Part shown: piece after piece, positions 17,961 to 26,727 of the stretch
Layout: every line of letters begins with the position of its first letter
Numbering within the stretch: position 1 is the stretch's first letter
From: Sphingomonadaceae bacterium
Lineage (GTDB): Bacteria; Chloroflexota; UBA6077
DNA: 46,275 nucleotides
Assembly (NCBI GenBank): GCA_050261575.1
Contig: JBLNDL010000040.1
Span: 1-46,275, forward strand
Reading direction: 5' to 3'
Translations under genes and position numbers: made by a program
The notes under the pieces: model-generated
Told to the model about the DNA's origin: nothing
Seen by the model: only the letters and a program-made list of their open reading frames with translations
The model's database searches: none

Positions 17961-19775
17961 TTAGCGCCCAGATTGCTGCCCGCTCCCTGGGGCCACCAGG
18001 ATCGATTCCGCTGGCACCCAGCCCTCCTGGCCGTTCCCCTTGACGCGCAGCCACTGCTGGTTGCCCACGGTTCGACTATCCCCCGTTATCTCCACCGTGG
18101 TGCCAGGCTCCAACCTGATCTTGACGGAGTTGGAGTTGGCAGGGTCGCTTAGAAGCCCCACCTCACCAGCCCCTCCCGCCACCTCTCCTGAGCGGCCACC
18201 CTGCCGGGCTGCGGCGGGCGTGCTCTGGGGGGTGGGGGTGACCCTGGGCGTCGGCCTCGGCTGCGGGGTACCCTGCAGCGAAGTCCGATTCCCAGAGGGC
18301 GTCGGCGCCGGAGGAGCGGGCCTGGCGGTAGACTCGTCAGGGCTGCTCTCCTGATCGTCGTAGGGACAACGGAACTCCGGCTCAGGCTGGGCAGCGGCCT
18401 GGAGAGGCACGCCGGCATCCATCACCTCCACGGTGGTGTTGGCCACAGCCTTGCTGCGGCTGCCCACCGCCTGGAACTCGAGCTGTCCGGCCTCGGCGGT
18501 CGGCGGGATTGTGTAGGATCCCCCCGCGCCGATCTGCCCCACGTCGTCCGCCTTGGCGCACGCTACCTCCTTGCCGGGGCTGTCCTGGGTGCGCTCCACG
18601 TAGAAGCGCACCACCTCATCCCGGGCAAAGCCCTCCCCGTAGAAGGTGATGGTCGTACCGGGCCGGCCTCCGTAGGTGCTGGGCTGCACGTTCGGAGTGT
18701 ACGGAAGGACGTCGAACCCGGCCGTTGCCGTGGCCTGGCTCTTCTCCCCCACGAAGATCAGGGTGTTCTTCCCTGTCAACTGGAAGGGGATGACGAAGGC
18801 CCCCGCGTTGTCGAAGCTGCCGTCGTCCGCGGTTCTCACCTTCAGGATGGGTGGGGCCTGCGGGTTGTTCAGGTGCACCGCAACCTCCTCGTCGGGCCCG
18901 AACCCCTTCCCAGAGAAGGAGACGGCGGTATCGGCCTTGGTCGCGTAGCTGCTCAAGGCCACGTCGGGGTAGAGGCTGAGCATCAGGAACTGCACCGTGA
19001 CCGGCGCCATGCTCTGATCCCCCACGAAGATGAGGGAGTTGTTCCCCACCGGACCGTAGGGGATACGGATGCTCTGCTTCTCGATGGTCCCTCCGTCGCT
19101 GGCGTTGAAGGTCTGGAACGGGTCGCCGCCCAGGCTGTTGAAGTAGACCTTTACCTCCTCACCGGGCAGGAACCCCTGAGCTGAGACCTGGACCTGGTCG
19201 CCCACAACCCCCACACCGGTCCCCAGCTTGACGCTCGGCCTCATCGTCTCCAGCCGGCCCGTGGCCTGGGCCTCCTTGTCGCTGTCCCTCTGCCGAGCGA
19301 TCACCGTGAAGGTGGAAGCCCGGTAGTTGGGAGGGAGGCTGAATCCGAAGCCGCCGAAGCTGCCGCCAGAGTCTGCCTGCGCAAAGCCCAGGTTTTGGGG
19401 TTTCGGGTCGTTCCTCGGGTCCGACGTCAGGTAGAAGTCTATGACCGACGCCGGATCGAAGCCCGAGCCGTTGACGGCGACGTTGGAACCGGCCGTGGCG
19501 CTGGCCGGATTGAGAAGTATGAAGGCGTCCTTTCGGATGCTCTCCTCGTCGAGGGAGTCGACGGAGATCGAATCAGGCGTAGCCGTAGCCTGCTCGGCGC
19601 CACCTTCTCGCCCGGCACTCTGGTCCCTCGTGGCAGCGCCCTGGGACTGCGACCTCGACGAACCGTCCAGCGACAGCAGGCCGCTGGCCCCCCCGCCGAG
19701 ACCCTGCCGGGCTACCAGCAGCGCCGCCCCCACGACCACCAGGGCCAGCACCGGGATTATCCTCCTTGCGGACAT
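17961..19775 (-). CDS. Membrane-anchored protein with 4 Ig-like repeats, Pro/Thr linker and C-terminal bacterial SH3 domain
   Basis: Repeats GSGFDP, QGFLPGEEV, KGFGPDEEV and EGFARDEVV; PTPRVTPTP linker; SH3b-like LEPGTTVEI...WLRVK.NGQEGWV. Confidence 0.82.
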   Translation of the reverse strand: MSARRIIPVLALVVVGAALLVARQGLGGGASGLLSLDGSSRSQSQGAATRDQSAGREGGAEQATATPDSISVDSLDEESIRKDAFILLNPASATAGSNVAVNGSGFDPASVIDFYLTSDPRNDPKPQNLGFAQADSGGSFGGFGFSLPPNYRASTFTVIARQRDSDKEAQATGRLETMRPSVKLGTGVGVVGDQVQVSAQGFLPGEEVKVYFNSLGGDPFQTFNASDGGTIEKQSIRIPYGPVGNNSLIFVGDQSMAPVTVQFLMLSLYPDVALSSYATKADTAVSFSGKGFGPDEEVAVHLNNPQAPPILKVRTADDGSFDNAGAFVIPFQLTGKNTLIFVGEKSQATATAGFDVLPYTPNVQPSTYGGRPGTTITFYGEGFARDEVVRFYVERTQDSPGKEVACAKADDVGQIGAGGSYTIPPTAEAGQLEFQAVGSRSKAVANTTVEVMDAGVPLQAAAQPEPEFRCPYDDQESSPDESTARPAPPAPTPSGNRTSLQGTPQPRPTPRVTPTPQSTPAAARQGGRSGEVAGGAGEVGLLSDPANSNSVKIRLEPGTTVEITGDSRTVGNQQWLRVKGNGQEGWVPAESILVAPGSGQQSGR

Positions 19776-19788
19776 CTTGATTCCTCCT

Positions 19789-21330
19789 CTACTTGACCAC
19801 CTTGCGGATCTGTAGCTGAACGTCTCCGTCGGCGAAGGCGGCCACCAGGCGTGAGTTGGCGTAGATCTCCAGGGGCAACGTCTCGTTTGCCTCTTTGAAC
19901 CTGGTCAGAAGCTTGTTGGACATGATCAGGTAGTCCACACGCCGCCAGTCGTTGTTCAGAGCCTGCACCTGCACGGCAGGATCCTGGGCCACCTTCCAGT
20001 GAGAGTGGGCCCGAGGGAAGATCGGCCTCTCGCCGTCCGGCTCGTGGAGATCGACCCACAGGTCGTCGTCCATCACCAGGATCGACGAGTTGGGGATGTT
20101 CTCCTGAACCCAGGTCAACTGCTGCGCCTGAAGCTGCGTGAAGTCGATCAGGTAGTGGTCTCGAGCGGTGTAGATGAACACCGCTATCAGCGCGATCGCT
20201 CCCAGGCCGAGGGCGGGCATCCCGAGCACCGCCGGCAGCCTGCCCGCGACCAGCCCAACCGCCAGGCCAAAGTTCATGGCCAGGAAGGGCAGAAGCGGCA
20301 CGATGTAGAACTCCAGCACCACGCTGCCCCGAGCCAGATAGAAGGCGAATGAGACGGCCAGCAGGCCCGCGACGACGTAGGACCGCCTGCGCAGCAGGTA
20401 GCCGACCGCCAGGTTAACGGCCGTCCCGGCCGTTCCTGCCACGATGATGATCGAGTCCTTGGTCCACCACTTGGTCCAGAAGAAGGACCAGAACTGGCTG
20501 TAGGGATCCAAGATGCTGCCCCCCGACCTCTGCATCTGCCACCCGATGGTGCCGATCAAGGACACGTGCTCCGCCGGGGCCCCGCTGACCAGGAAGCTCA
20601 CCTCCGCGGGCAGCAGCTCGCTCTTCAGCAGGGCGTAAAGCGGGTAGACAGAGACCACCATCACCGTGGCGAACGCCCACCCCCAGGCGGCAAACCGCTT
20701 CAGGTGGGCCTCCTGGAGCGACTTGAACAGCATGTAGGCCATCACTGGCAGGAAGAATACGGCGTTCTCCTTCGTAAGGATGGCGACCCCCAGGGTGGCG
20801 CCGCTGGCCAGCACCTTGAGCAGCCGCGATCGATGGTGCAAGATGAGATAGAGCGATAGCAGCAGCCAGAAGACCATGATGTTGTCCAGCAGGACCATCC
20901 GCTGGTAGTACACCGACAGCGGCGACAGGGAGAAGGTCAGGGTGGCCACGACGGAGGCCAGCAGGCTCCCAGACAGGGTCATGGTCACCTTGAACAGCAG
21001 AACCAACGACACCAGATGGAGGACCAGCATCAGCACCCGCCCACTCCCTATGGCTATCCCAAAGGTGTAGAAGCCCTTGGGAAGCAGCAGGGTCCAGGCT
21101 GCCTGCAGCAGCCAGCCCGCCGGGGCATGGTCGTAGAAGTAGGTGTAGGGGGCCAGCCTGCCCAACCTGAGCACCGACCAGGCCTGGGCGGTGTATATCC
21201 CCTCGTCGCCCAGATAGAGGGGGTATCCGAACATGTTGAAGGCGTGGGAGATCAGGGCGGCGATGCCCACAACCCACAGCAGCCCCCGCTCCCCCACCCG
21301 CTGCAGCAGGAACTCGACATCTCTGTTCAT
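19789..21330 (-). CDS. GT-C fold glycosyltransferase (PMT/ArnT-like, GT39/83-type)
   Basis: Start at ATG 21330. GDEGIY (DE motif), YDHAPAGW, LLDNI and LTKE motifs; many TM helices. Confidence 0.88.
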   Translation of the reverse strand: MNRDVEFLLQRVGERGLLWVVGIAALISHAFNMFGYPLYLGDEGIYTAQAWSVLRLGRLAPYTYFYDHAPAGWLLQAAWTLLLPKGFYTFGIAIGSGRVLMLVLHLVSLVLLFKVTMTLSGSLLASVVATLTFSLSPLSVYYQRMVLLDNIMVFWLLLSLYLILHHRSRLLKVLASGATLGVAILTKENAVFFLPVMAYMLFKSLQEAHLKRFAAWGWAFATVMVVSVYPLYALLKSELLPAEVSFLVSGAPAEHVSLIGTIGWQMQRSGGSILDPYSQFWSFFWTKWWTKDSIIIVAGTAGTAVNLAVGYLLRRRSYVVAGLLAVSFAFYLARGSVVLEFYIVPLLPFLAMNFGLAVGLVAGRLPAVLGMPALGLGAIALIAVFIYTARDHYLIDFTQLQAQQLTWVQENIPNSSILVMDDDLWVDLHEPDGERPIFPRAHSHWKVAQDPAVQVQALNNDWRRVDYLIMSNKLLTRFKEANETLPLEIYANSRLVAAFADGDVQLQIRKVVK

Positions 21331-22610
21331 CACGCCGCCTTCTCGCCCTGGTCTGCCCGGTGGGCACCCACATGCTGAGTCTTCTCCCAGTTGGAGATGC
21401 CCCGGACCTCGCGCACGAAGGCCCGGAAGGCCGCGTAGGCCAGCAGCCACTGGTAGGGCAGGTAGGCCAGGGCCATGGCCAGCGGCGTCTTCCAGGTGGG
21501 GTTCAGCTTGTGGGCGTCGGTGAACTCGAACAGACCGACGACCGACATGAAGAAGTGGCTCACAAGCAGATAGGCGGGAAGCAACAGTACGATGGCCTGA
21601 GCCACCGGAACCTTGGTGGTGAACATCATCCAGAGGGACACGGGAACGTACAGCGCCAACAACGCCTGGGCCGTGGGGAAGCCCAGGGTGTAAGCTGCCA
21701 TCAACCGCTGCTTCCAGCTTGGTAGCCTCATCCAATCCCCCTTGCGGAGGGTCTGGAGAAACCCCTGGCTCCAACGAGTCCGCTGCTTGACGAAGTGGGC
21801 CAGGGTGGGAGGAGTCTCCTCCCTGGTCACGTACTCGTCGTCGTAGACGATCCGCACCGGCTCCTCCATGGCCGAGAGTCGAATGCCGATGTCGGCGTCC
21901 TCCGTGAGGTTGTGCTCGTCCCACCCGCCGATCTGCTCGATCACCTCCCTGGCGAAGAAGATGGTATTGCCCCCCAGGGGCGTGACTCCCAACTGAGCAT
22001 GGTAGTGCAGCCGCGACTTGAACCAGAAGAAGTACTCCAGGACGTTCAGGGCCGAGTACCAGGAGCTGTCGTAGTTCATCAGTTGCACGCCACACTGCAC
22101 CACGCGAACCCCTTCCTGCAGCATCACCGTGTTGACGATGTTGAATATGTCCGGATGGATCTCGTCCTCGGCATCGAAGATGGTCACCACCTCGGCTGAA
22201 GAGTGGGCCAATCCCCTGTTCAGACCATGCGGCTTATTGATCGGAAGGTCGTCGAACAGCACCAGCCGCACGTCGGCGATCCCCTCCGCCCGCAGTTGCG
22301 CGATCTTCTCCTCCACCTTGGCGATGGTGCCGTGATCGGTGTGCTCGCAGATCACCAACACCTCCATCAAGGAGCGGGGGTAGCGTGCCCTCACCACCCT
22401 ATCGATGGTGTCCTGGATCACCTCTTCCTCGTGGCGCGCGGGCAGCAGCACCGTGAAGGACTTCTCTGGCGCCCTGAAGCTCTCCGGAGCCCGAGATCTC
22501 CTGTATGCCTCCGGCCGGTCCCAGGTGTAGATCATGATGTAGGCGGTATGGGCGGCCTGCAGCGTGAGCAGGATAGACAGGAGCGTGATCGCAACGAGGA
22601 ACAGGGTCAC
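21330..22610 (-). CDS. Processive-type GT2 glycan synthase (cellulose-synthase-like)
   Basis: LLPARHEE, NKPHGLN, FDAED, LTEDAD and QRTRW form the D,D,D,QxxRW set; flanking TM helices. GTG start overlaps the GtrA stop codon. Confidence 0.9.
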   Translation of the reverse strand: MTLFLVAITLLSILLTLQAAHTAYIMIYTWDRPEAYRRSRAPESFRAPEKSFTVLLPARHEEEVIQDTIDRVVRARYPRSLMEVLVICEHTDHGTIAKVEEKIAQLRAEGIADVRLVLFDDLPINKPHGLNRGLAHSSAEVVTIFDAEDEIHPDIFNIVNTVMLQEGVRVVQCGVQLMNYDSSWYSALNVLEYFFWFKSRLHYHAQLGVTPLGGNTIFFAREVIEQIGGWDEHNLTEDADIGIRLSAMEEPVRIVYDDEYVTREETPPTLAHFVKQRTRWSQGFLQTLRKGDWMRLPSWKQRLMAAYTLGFPTAQALLALYVPVSLWMMFTTKVPVAQAIVLLLPAYLLVSHFFMSVVGLFEFTDAHKLNPTWKTPLAMALAYLPYQWLLAYAAFRAFVREVRGISNWEKTQHVGAHRADQGEKAA

Positions 22611-23005
22611 GGCTCCCACCCCCAGGTCCAGAGCAGGCTGGTGGTGAAGTTCCAGGCCATGGCCAGCGCTATCCCCACCAGGTTTGCCAGCAGGTAGTGG
22701 AAGCCCGCGAAGGACACCAGCAGATACAGCACGCCGGAGGTGATCAGGAGCCCACCCAGCGAGGTGAGGTTGAACTTCCCTAGCCGCGCGAGTGAGAAGC
22801 CGGACGCACCAAAAGTCCACCGCTCGTTCCAGGCAAAGTTGTGGAGGATGGCAACCTCTACCGCCAGCGGGGATGCCACCAGGAGGGGCAAACCGGCAAT
22901 CCCGTGGGTGACGAACAGCACCACACTGTTCACCACCACGCCCAGGGCCCCGACTATCCCGAAGCGAACTAACCGGGGCCAGATCAGATCCCGACTTCGC
23001 TTCAT
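22607..23005 (-). CDS. GtrA family lipid-linked sugar flippase
   Basis: RFGIVGALGVVVN, HNFAWNERWTF and WNF motifs; four TM helices. The start could instead be GTG 23020. Confidence 0.9.
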   Translation of the reverse strand: MKRSRDLIWPRLVRFGIVGALGVVVNSVVLFVTHGIAGLPLLVASPLAVEVAILHNFAWNERWTFGASGFSLARLGKFNLTSLGGLLITSGVLYLLVSFAGFHYLLANLVGIALAMAWNFTTSLLWTWGWEP

Positions 23006-23134
23006 CGCATTCCATCCCACACCTGTCGCTGTGCGGTCCGGCGCTTCCTGGCGCTACAGCGATGGATCGGGGGCGCACAGCCGTGTCACATCACCACCGG
23101 CCGGCGGGCCTCCTCGGAAAGGCAGGGAGGGGAT

Positions 23135-23149
23135 GCAAGGTATAGGCCA
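23135..23149 (-). promoter_or_regulatory. Sigma54-type -24/-12 promoter for the gtrA-GT operon
   Basis: Minus strand TGGCCTATACCTTGC(A) fits GG-N10-GC. Confidence 0.6.
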
Positions 23150-23182
23150 CCCGCTCCGCGGGGAAGGGGGGGTGCCATACCC

Positions 23183-24916
23183 CTATTGCGGCTCTCGCCC
23201 CCACACGAGCTTCCCGTCCTCGTAGACGGTGATCCTGTCCGAGACCCGGTAGCCGGTGGCCTCGGGCCAGAAGCTGTGGTCGTTTGCCTGGTCGAACTGG
23301 GACCAATCGCTGGCGTGGATGCGGAGTAGGATATCCCCCGTGGAGCCGTATGGCGGGAGCACGTTGTCTTGCCCGGGGAAAGTCACCTTCAGGTAGTGGT
23401 CCTGCCTGCCTTTCTCCGTCCGCACCAACTCCGCCTTCACGCGATCCTCTCCCAGTGCGGCGAAGTCCACCTCTACTTGAGGCTCGCTGGGCCGGGAGCC
23501 GTGGGAGAACCAGTAGCGCACCTCGAATCGAGTGAGATCCAGTGGCTGCCCATCGCGGTCCACGATCTGCAGGGCAAACGATATCGAGTTGGTCTTCGGG
23601 GAGGTCTCGTTGGCTCTGTAGAGCAACTCCAACCTCCCATCGGAGGTGGGTCCGGATTGGCCCTGCCTGGGTTCCGCCAGCGGCGGGGCGAGGTATTCCC
23701 GATACACCTGCTGCTTGTCCGATACCACGGTCAGCCAATCGTCACCCAGCAGCCCCCCGGTATCGCCCGAGTTCGGGTTGAGGGACCAGGCGAAGTAGCT
23801 CACCCCGGTCCCCTGAAGATAGTCCAGGAGAGAACGCTGCCACACCCCCTCGGCGTCGGTCAGATCCACCGACCTGCCCCCGAACTCCCCGACGATCACG
23901 GGGGCGATCCCCTCCTCTTGCAGGTAGCCCCAGTGGGAACGCCACACCCAGGGGAGGTTACGCGGGAAGTCGGGGGAGCTGAACCACCCCTGCCAGTAGA
24001 CCCCAGGGCCGTAGTCGTGCGCGCTGTACACCAGGCGCCCCGGCTGCGCGAGTTGGACTGGGTGGTCCCGTGCACCCGTCAGGTTGCCCCCCCACCAGTA
24101 CCAGTCGCCGCCGTACTGCTCCACGCCCTGAACCAAGATCAGCAGGTACGGATTGGCTTCCAGGACGGCGTTCCCAGCCTTCTCGGCGGCGATCCGCCAG
24201 TCCGTGGCGGGATCGCCCGTACCCCAGGTGGCCGGTCCCTTCGGCTCGTTATGCAGATCGACACCTATCACGGTGTCGTTGGCCCTGTAGCGCTGGGCCA
24301 GCATCACCCAGTCGGCGATCCACCGATCCTCGCTCACCTCGTCTGTGTACCAAAGATCGGACTGGCCGGCGCTGGTAGGCCGATGTCGGTCTAGCACCAC
24401 CTTCAGCCCCCTCTCGCCGGCACCCTGAACGATCAGATCCAGCACCTCCAGCGAGGTGAGCCCGGCCAGGTCCGGGTTCACCTGGTAGTTGATCCCCTGG
24501 GGCATCTGCCCCGGAACCAGCGCCTCGTTGGATAAGGGTATCCGGATGGCGTTGTAGCCCAGCCTGGCGATCTGATCCAGGATGCCCTTCCAGTTGCGGC
24601 TCCAGAGGCCGTGGGGCACGAAAGTGCCGGTCTCCATGCCGAACCAGTTGAGGCCGGTGATGCGCACCTCCCGGCCGTTGGAGTCGTAGAGTCTGCTGCC
24701 GCAGCTATGGAGATAGTTCAGCGGACGTCCCTCGGCGTCGACGGCGGGAGGCACCGGCGCGGGGTCCGCGATGCATTGGGTGGGGGCGGGCGGACGCCGG
24801 TCGACGATCCTCCTGGGCGAGGGAGCGCCCACCATCAACCACCACCAGACGCCGGCCACGAGAGCGAGGATCAGCACCCACCTCAGCCGTTTGAGCAGCC
24901 TGAGTCCTTCCTCCAT
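23183..24916 (-). CDS. Membrane-anchored GH5 endoglucanase with C-terminal CBM3
   Basis: N-terminal TM; GH5 motifs DLHNEP and VGEFGG; CBM3 signature VRYWFS...DHYLKVTF...RIHASDWSQFDQANDHSF...ITVYEDGKLVWGREP. The start may be CTG 24898. Confidence 0.92.
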   Translation of the reverse strand: MEEGLRLLKRLRWVLILALVAGVWWWLMVGAPSPRRIVDRRPPAPTQCIADPAPVPPAVDAEGRPLNYLHSCGSRLYDSNGREVRITGLNWFGMETGTFVPHGLWSRNWKGILDQIARLGYNAIRIPLSNEALVPGQMPQGINYQVNPDLAGLTSLEVLDLIVQGAGERGLKVVLDRHRPTSAGQSDLWYTDEVSEDRWIADWVMLAQRYRANDTVIGVDLHNEPKGPATWGTGDPATDWRIAAEKAGNAVLEANPYLLILVQGVEQYGGDWYWWGGNLTGARDHPVQLAQPGRLVYSAHDYGPGVYWQGWFSSPDFPRNLPWVWRSHWGYLQEEGIAPVIVGEFGGRSVDLTDAEGVWQRSLLDYLQGTGVSYFAWSLNPNSGDTGGLLGDDWLTVVSDKQQVYREYLAPPLAEPRQGQSGPTSDGRLELLYRANETSPKTNSISFALQIVDRDGQPLDLTRFEVRYWFSHGSRPSEPQVEVDFAALGEDRVKAELVRTEKGRQDHYLKVTFPGQDNVLPPYGSTGDILLRIHASDWSQFDQANDHSFWPEATGYRVSDRITVYEDGKLVWGREPQ

Positions 24917-24933
24917 AGGTTGGGCGGCGAGAA

Positions 24934-24948
24934 GCAAAGGTTATGCCA
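24934..24948 (-). promoter_or_regulatory. Sigma54-type promoter for the GH5-CBM3 gene
   Basis: Minus strand TGGCATAACCTTTGC(T). Confidence 0.72.
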
Positions 24949-25014
24949 CTCGGGGTCCGGACGCGGGGACACAGCGACGCGGAAACGGTGGCCGGGGGTA
25001 CGGGGAGGAAAAGG

Positions 25015-25029
25015 TGGCACGTCCGCTGC
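25015..25029 (+). promoter_or_regulatory. Sigma54-type promoter for the divergent GH5-like gene
   Basis: TGGCACGTCCGCTGC fits GG-N10-GC. Confidence 0.62.
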
Positions 25030-25134
25030 CTCCATCCCACTCGATCCTCCGATGGGGGGTGATCGCCCCTGCCTGGCCGCAGCGAGTTGCGGCCAGGCAG
25101 GCAATTCGCTCACGAGACGAGGGGGTGGAAGATC

Positions 25135-26613
25135 GTGAACTGGCGGAGCCTAATCCTGCTCGGCGCCCTGGCCCTGGCGATGATCGCGGTGCCGGTGGCA
25201 CGCATGCTTCTCCCCAGGCCACCTGACCGGCTGCCCACCGCCGCGGGATACCGTTTCCTCGCAGGGGTCAACTACCCCTGGAAGTCCTATCAGGACTTCG
25301 GCTCCGGCGCCTGGGGCCATTCCGGCGTCAGCAGCCCCGGGGTGTTCGACGAGATAGACACGGACATGGCCAACGTGGCAGCAACCGGGATCCAGGTAGT
25401 GAAGTGGCGTGTCTTCAACGACGGCAGGTTCAGTCCGGACTTCATGGAGGACGGGTCCGTCAGCGGACTGGACGAACAGTTCTTCCACGATCTCGACGCC
25501 GCGCTCGAGATCGCGGCGCGTCACGACCTCTACCTGGTGCTCAGCCTCATAGACAGCGGCTTCTGGGCCACCCAGTGCAGCCTCAACGGCGTCCAGATGG
25601 GCGGCCACATCGACCTGATGAGCGACCCGGCCAAGCACCGGTCGCTGATCCAGAAGGCGATCGTCCCGTTGGTGGAGCGGGCCAAGTGGAGCGGACGGGT
25701 GATCGCCTACGAGGTGATCGCCGAGCCCGAGTGGGGCATCACGGAGCTGCACACCGAGGACGATGGCCGCCAGACCGTGCCGCTGGCCGACGTGCGGGAC
25801 TTCGTGGCGGAGGCCACCACAGCCATCCACCGACACGGTGGGCGGCTTGTGACGGTGGAGTCGAACCGCCCGACTCACATGCAGTACTGGAAGGACCTGG
25901 GGCTGGACTACTTCACCTTCAGTTGGTACGACTGGATGGAGCCCTACGATCCCCTAGACGTGCCCGCCGCCAGCTACGGCCTCGATCGCCCGGTCGTGCT
26001 GGGCGAGTATCCCATCGAGGGCTCACAGCACTACAGCTTCTCCCAGGTGATGGACATCGCCCTGCGGCAGGGCTACGCAGGGGCCTTCGCCTGGAGCTAC
26101 GGGGCCTCGGATAAGTACGGCTCCCTCAGAAACGTCCACGATCGCTACGCTCAGTGGTTGGCCGACCACTGGCAGGTGGCGGACCTCTCCGGAGGTCGCA
26201 TCGCTCCCCCTTCGGCCCCCATCGCCTTCCAGCCGCCGCCCTTCGCCTACCAGAGCGTGCGGCTCGCCAAGGACACCGCCGGGCTCACCGCCGACGTGGG
26301 GCTGTCGGTGAGAGAGGGGGGAACCTTCCACCTCCAGGCATACCTCTACCCCAGGAACGGCCAGCCCGACAGCCCCGTGGCGGACCGGACCCTGGCGCTG
26401 CAGAGCGGGGCTCAGGGGACCGTCCACATGACGTTGCCGGATGTGCCGCAGGGTGAGATCTACAAGCTGAGCATGGCCATCTTCGACGAGAACTGGACGA
26501 TCAGGAAGTGGTTCGACTCCATCTACACCTTCGTCGTGGAGAACGGGGAGGTGGCCCGGCCGTCTCTGACCGACCTGGAGACCGAAAACCCCTGCGCCAA
26601 ACCCAAGCAGTAG
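25135..26613 (+). CDS. Membrane-anchored clan GH-A (GH5-like, mannanase-type) hydrolase with C-terminal beta domain
   Basis: GVNYPW..YQDFG, YEVIAEPEW (acid/base), VLGEYP (nucleophile) and GYAGAFAWS motifs. N-terminal TM; GTG start at 25135. Confidence 0.8.
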   Translation: MNWRSLILLGALALAMIAVPVARMLLPRPPDRLPTAAGYRFLAGVNYPWKSYQDFGSGAWGHSGVSSPGVFDEIDTDMANVAATGIQVVKWRVFNDGRFSPDFMEDGSVSGLDEQFFHDLDAALEIAARHDLYLVLSLIDSGFWATQCSLNGVQMGGHIDLMSDPAKHRSLIQKAIVPLVERAKWSGRVIAYEVIAEPEWGITELHTEDDGRQTVPLADVRDFVAEATTAIHRHGGRLVTVESNRPTHMQYWKDLGLDYFTFSWYDWMEPYDPLDVPAASYGLDRPVVLGEYPIEGSQHYSFSQVMDIALRQGYAGAFAWSYGASDKYGSLRNVHDRYAQWLADHWQVADLSGGRIAPPSAPIAFQPPPFAYQSVRLAKDTAGLTADVGLSVREGGTFHLQAYLYPRNGQPDSPVADRTLALQSGAQGTVHMTLPDVPQGEIYKLSMAIFDENWTIRKWFDSIYTFVVENGEVARPSLTDLETENPCAKPKQ

Positions 26614-26615
26614 CA

Positions 26616-26711
26616 CCTCTCTCCCTTTAGGAGAGGCACATCTTTTCCCTCTCTCTGGGAGAGGTGCGGGGTGAGGTCCCTCACCCTAACCCTCTCCCAC
26701 GTGGAGAGGGA
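26616..26711. repeat. CCCTCTCCC/GGGAGAGG-type palindromic repeats between convergent genes
   Basis: CCTCTCTCCCTTTAGGAGAGG, CCCTCTCTCTGGGAGAGG..GGGGTGAGG and CCCTCACCCTAACCCTCTCCCACGTGGAGAGGG. Confidence 0.65.
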
Positions 26712-26727
26712 ATCTCCCGTCCCCCAG

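Noticed and set aside
19789..23078. 768-aa and 582-aa ORFs suggesting fused glycosyltransferases
   Set aside because: The N-terminal extensions are off-frame overlaps with neighbouring genes. The real starts are 21330 and 22610, with stop/start overlaps.
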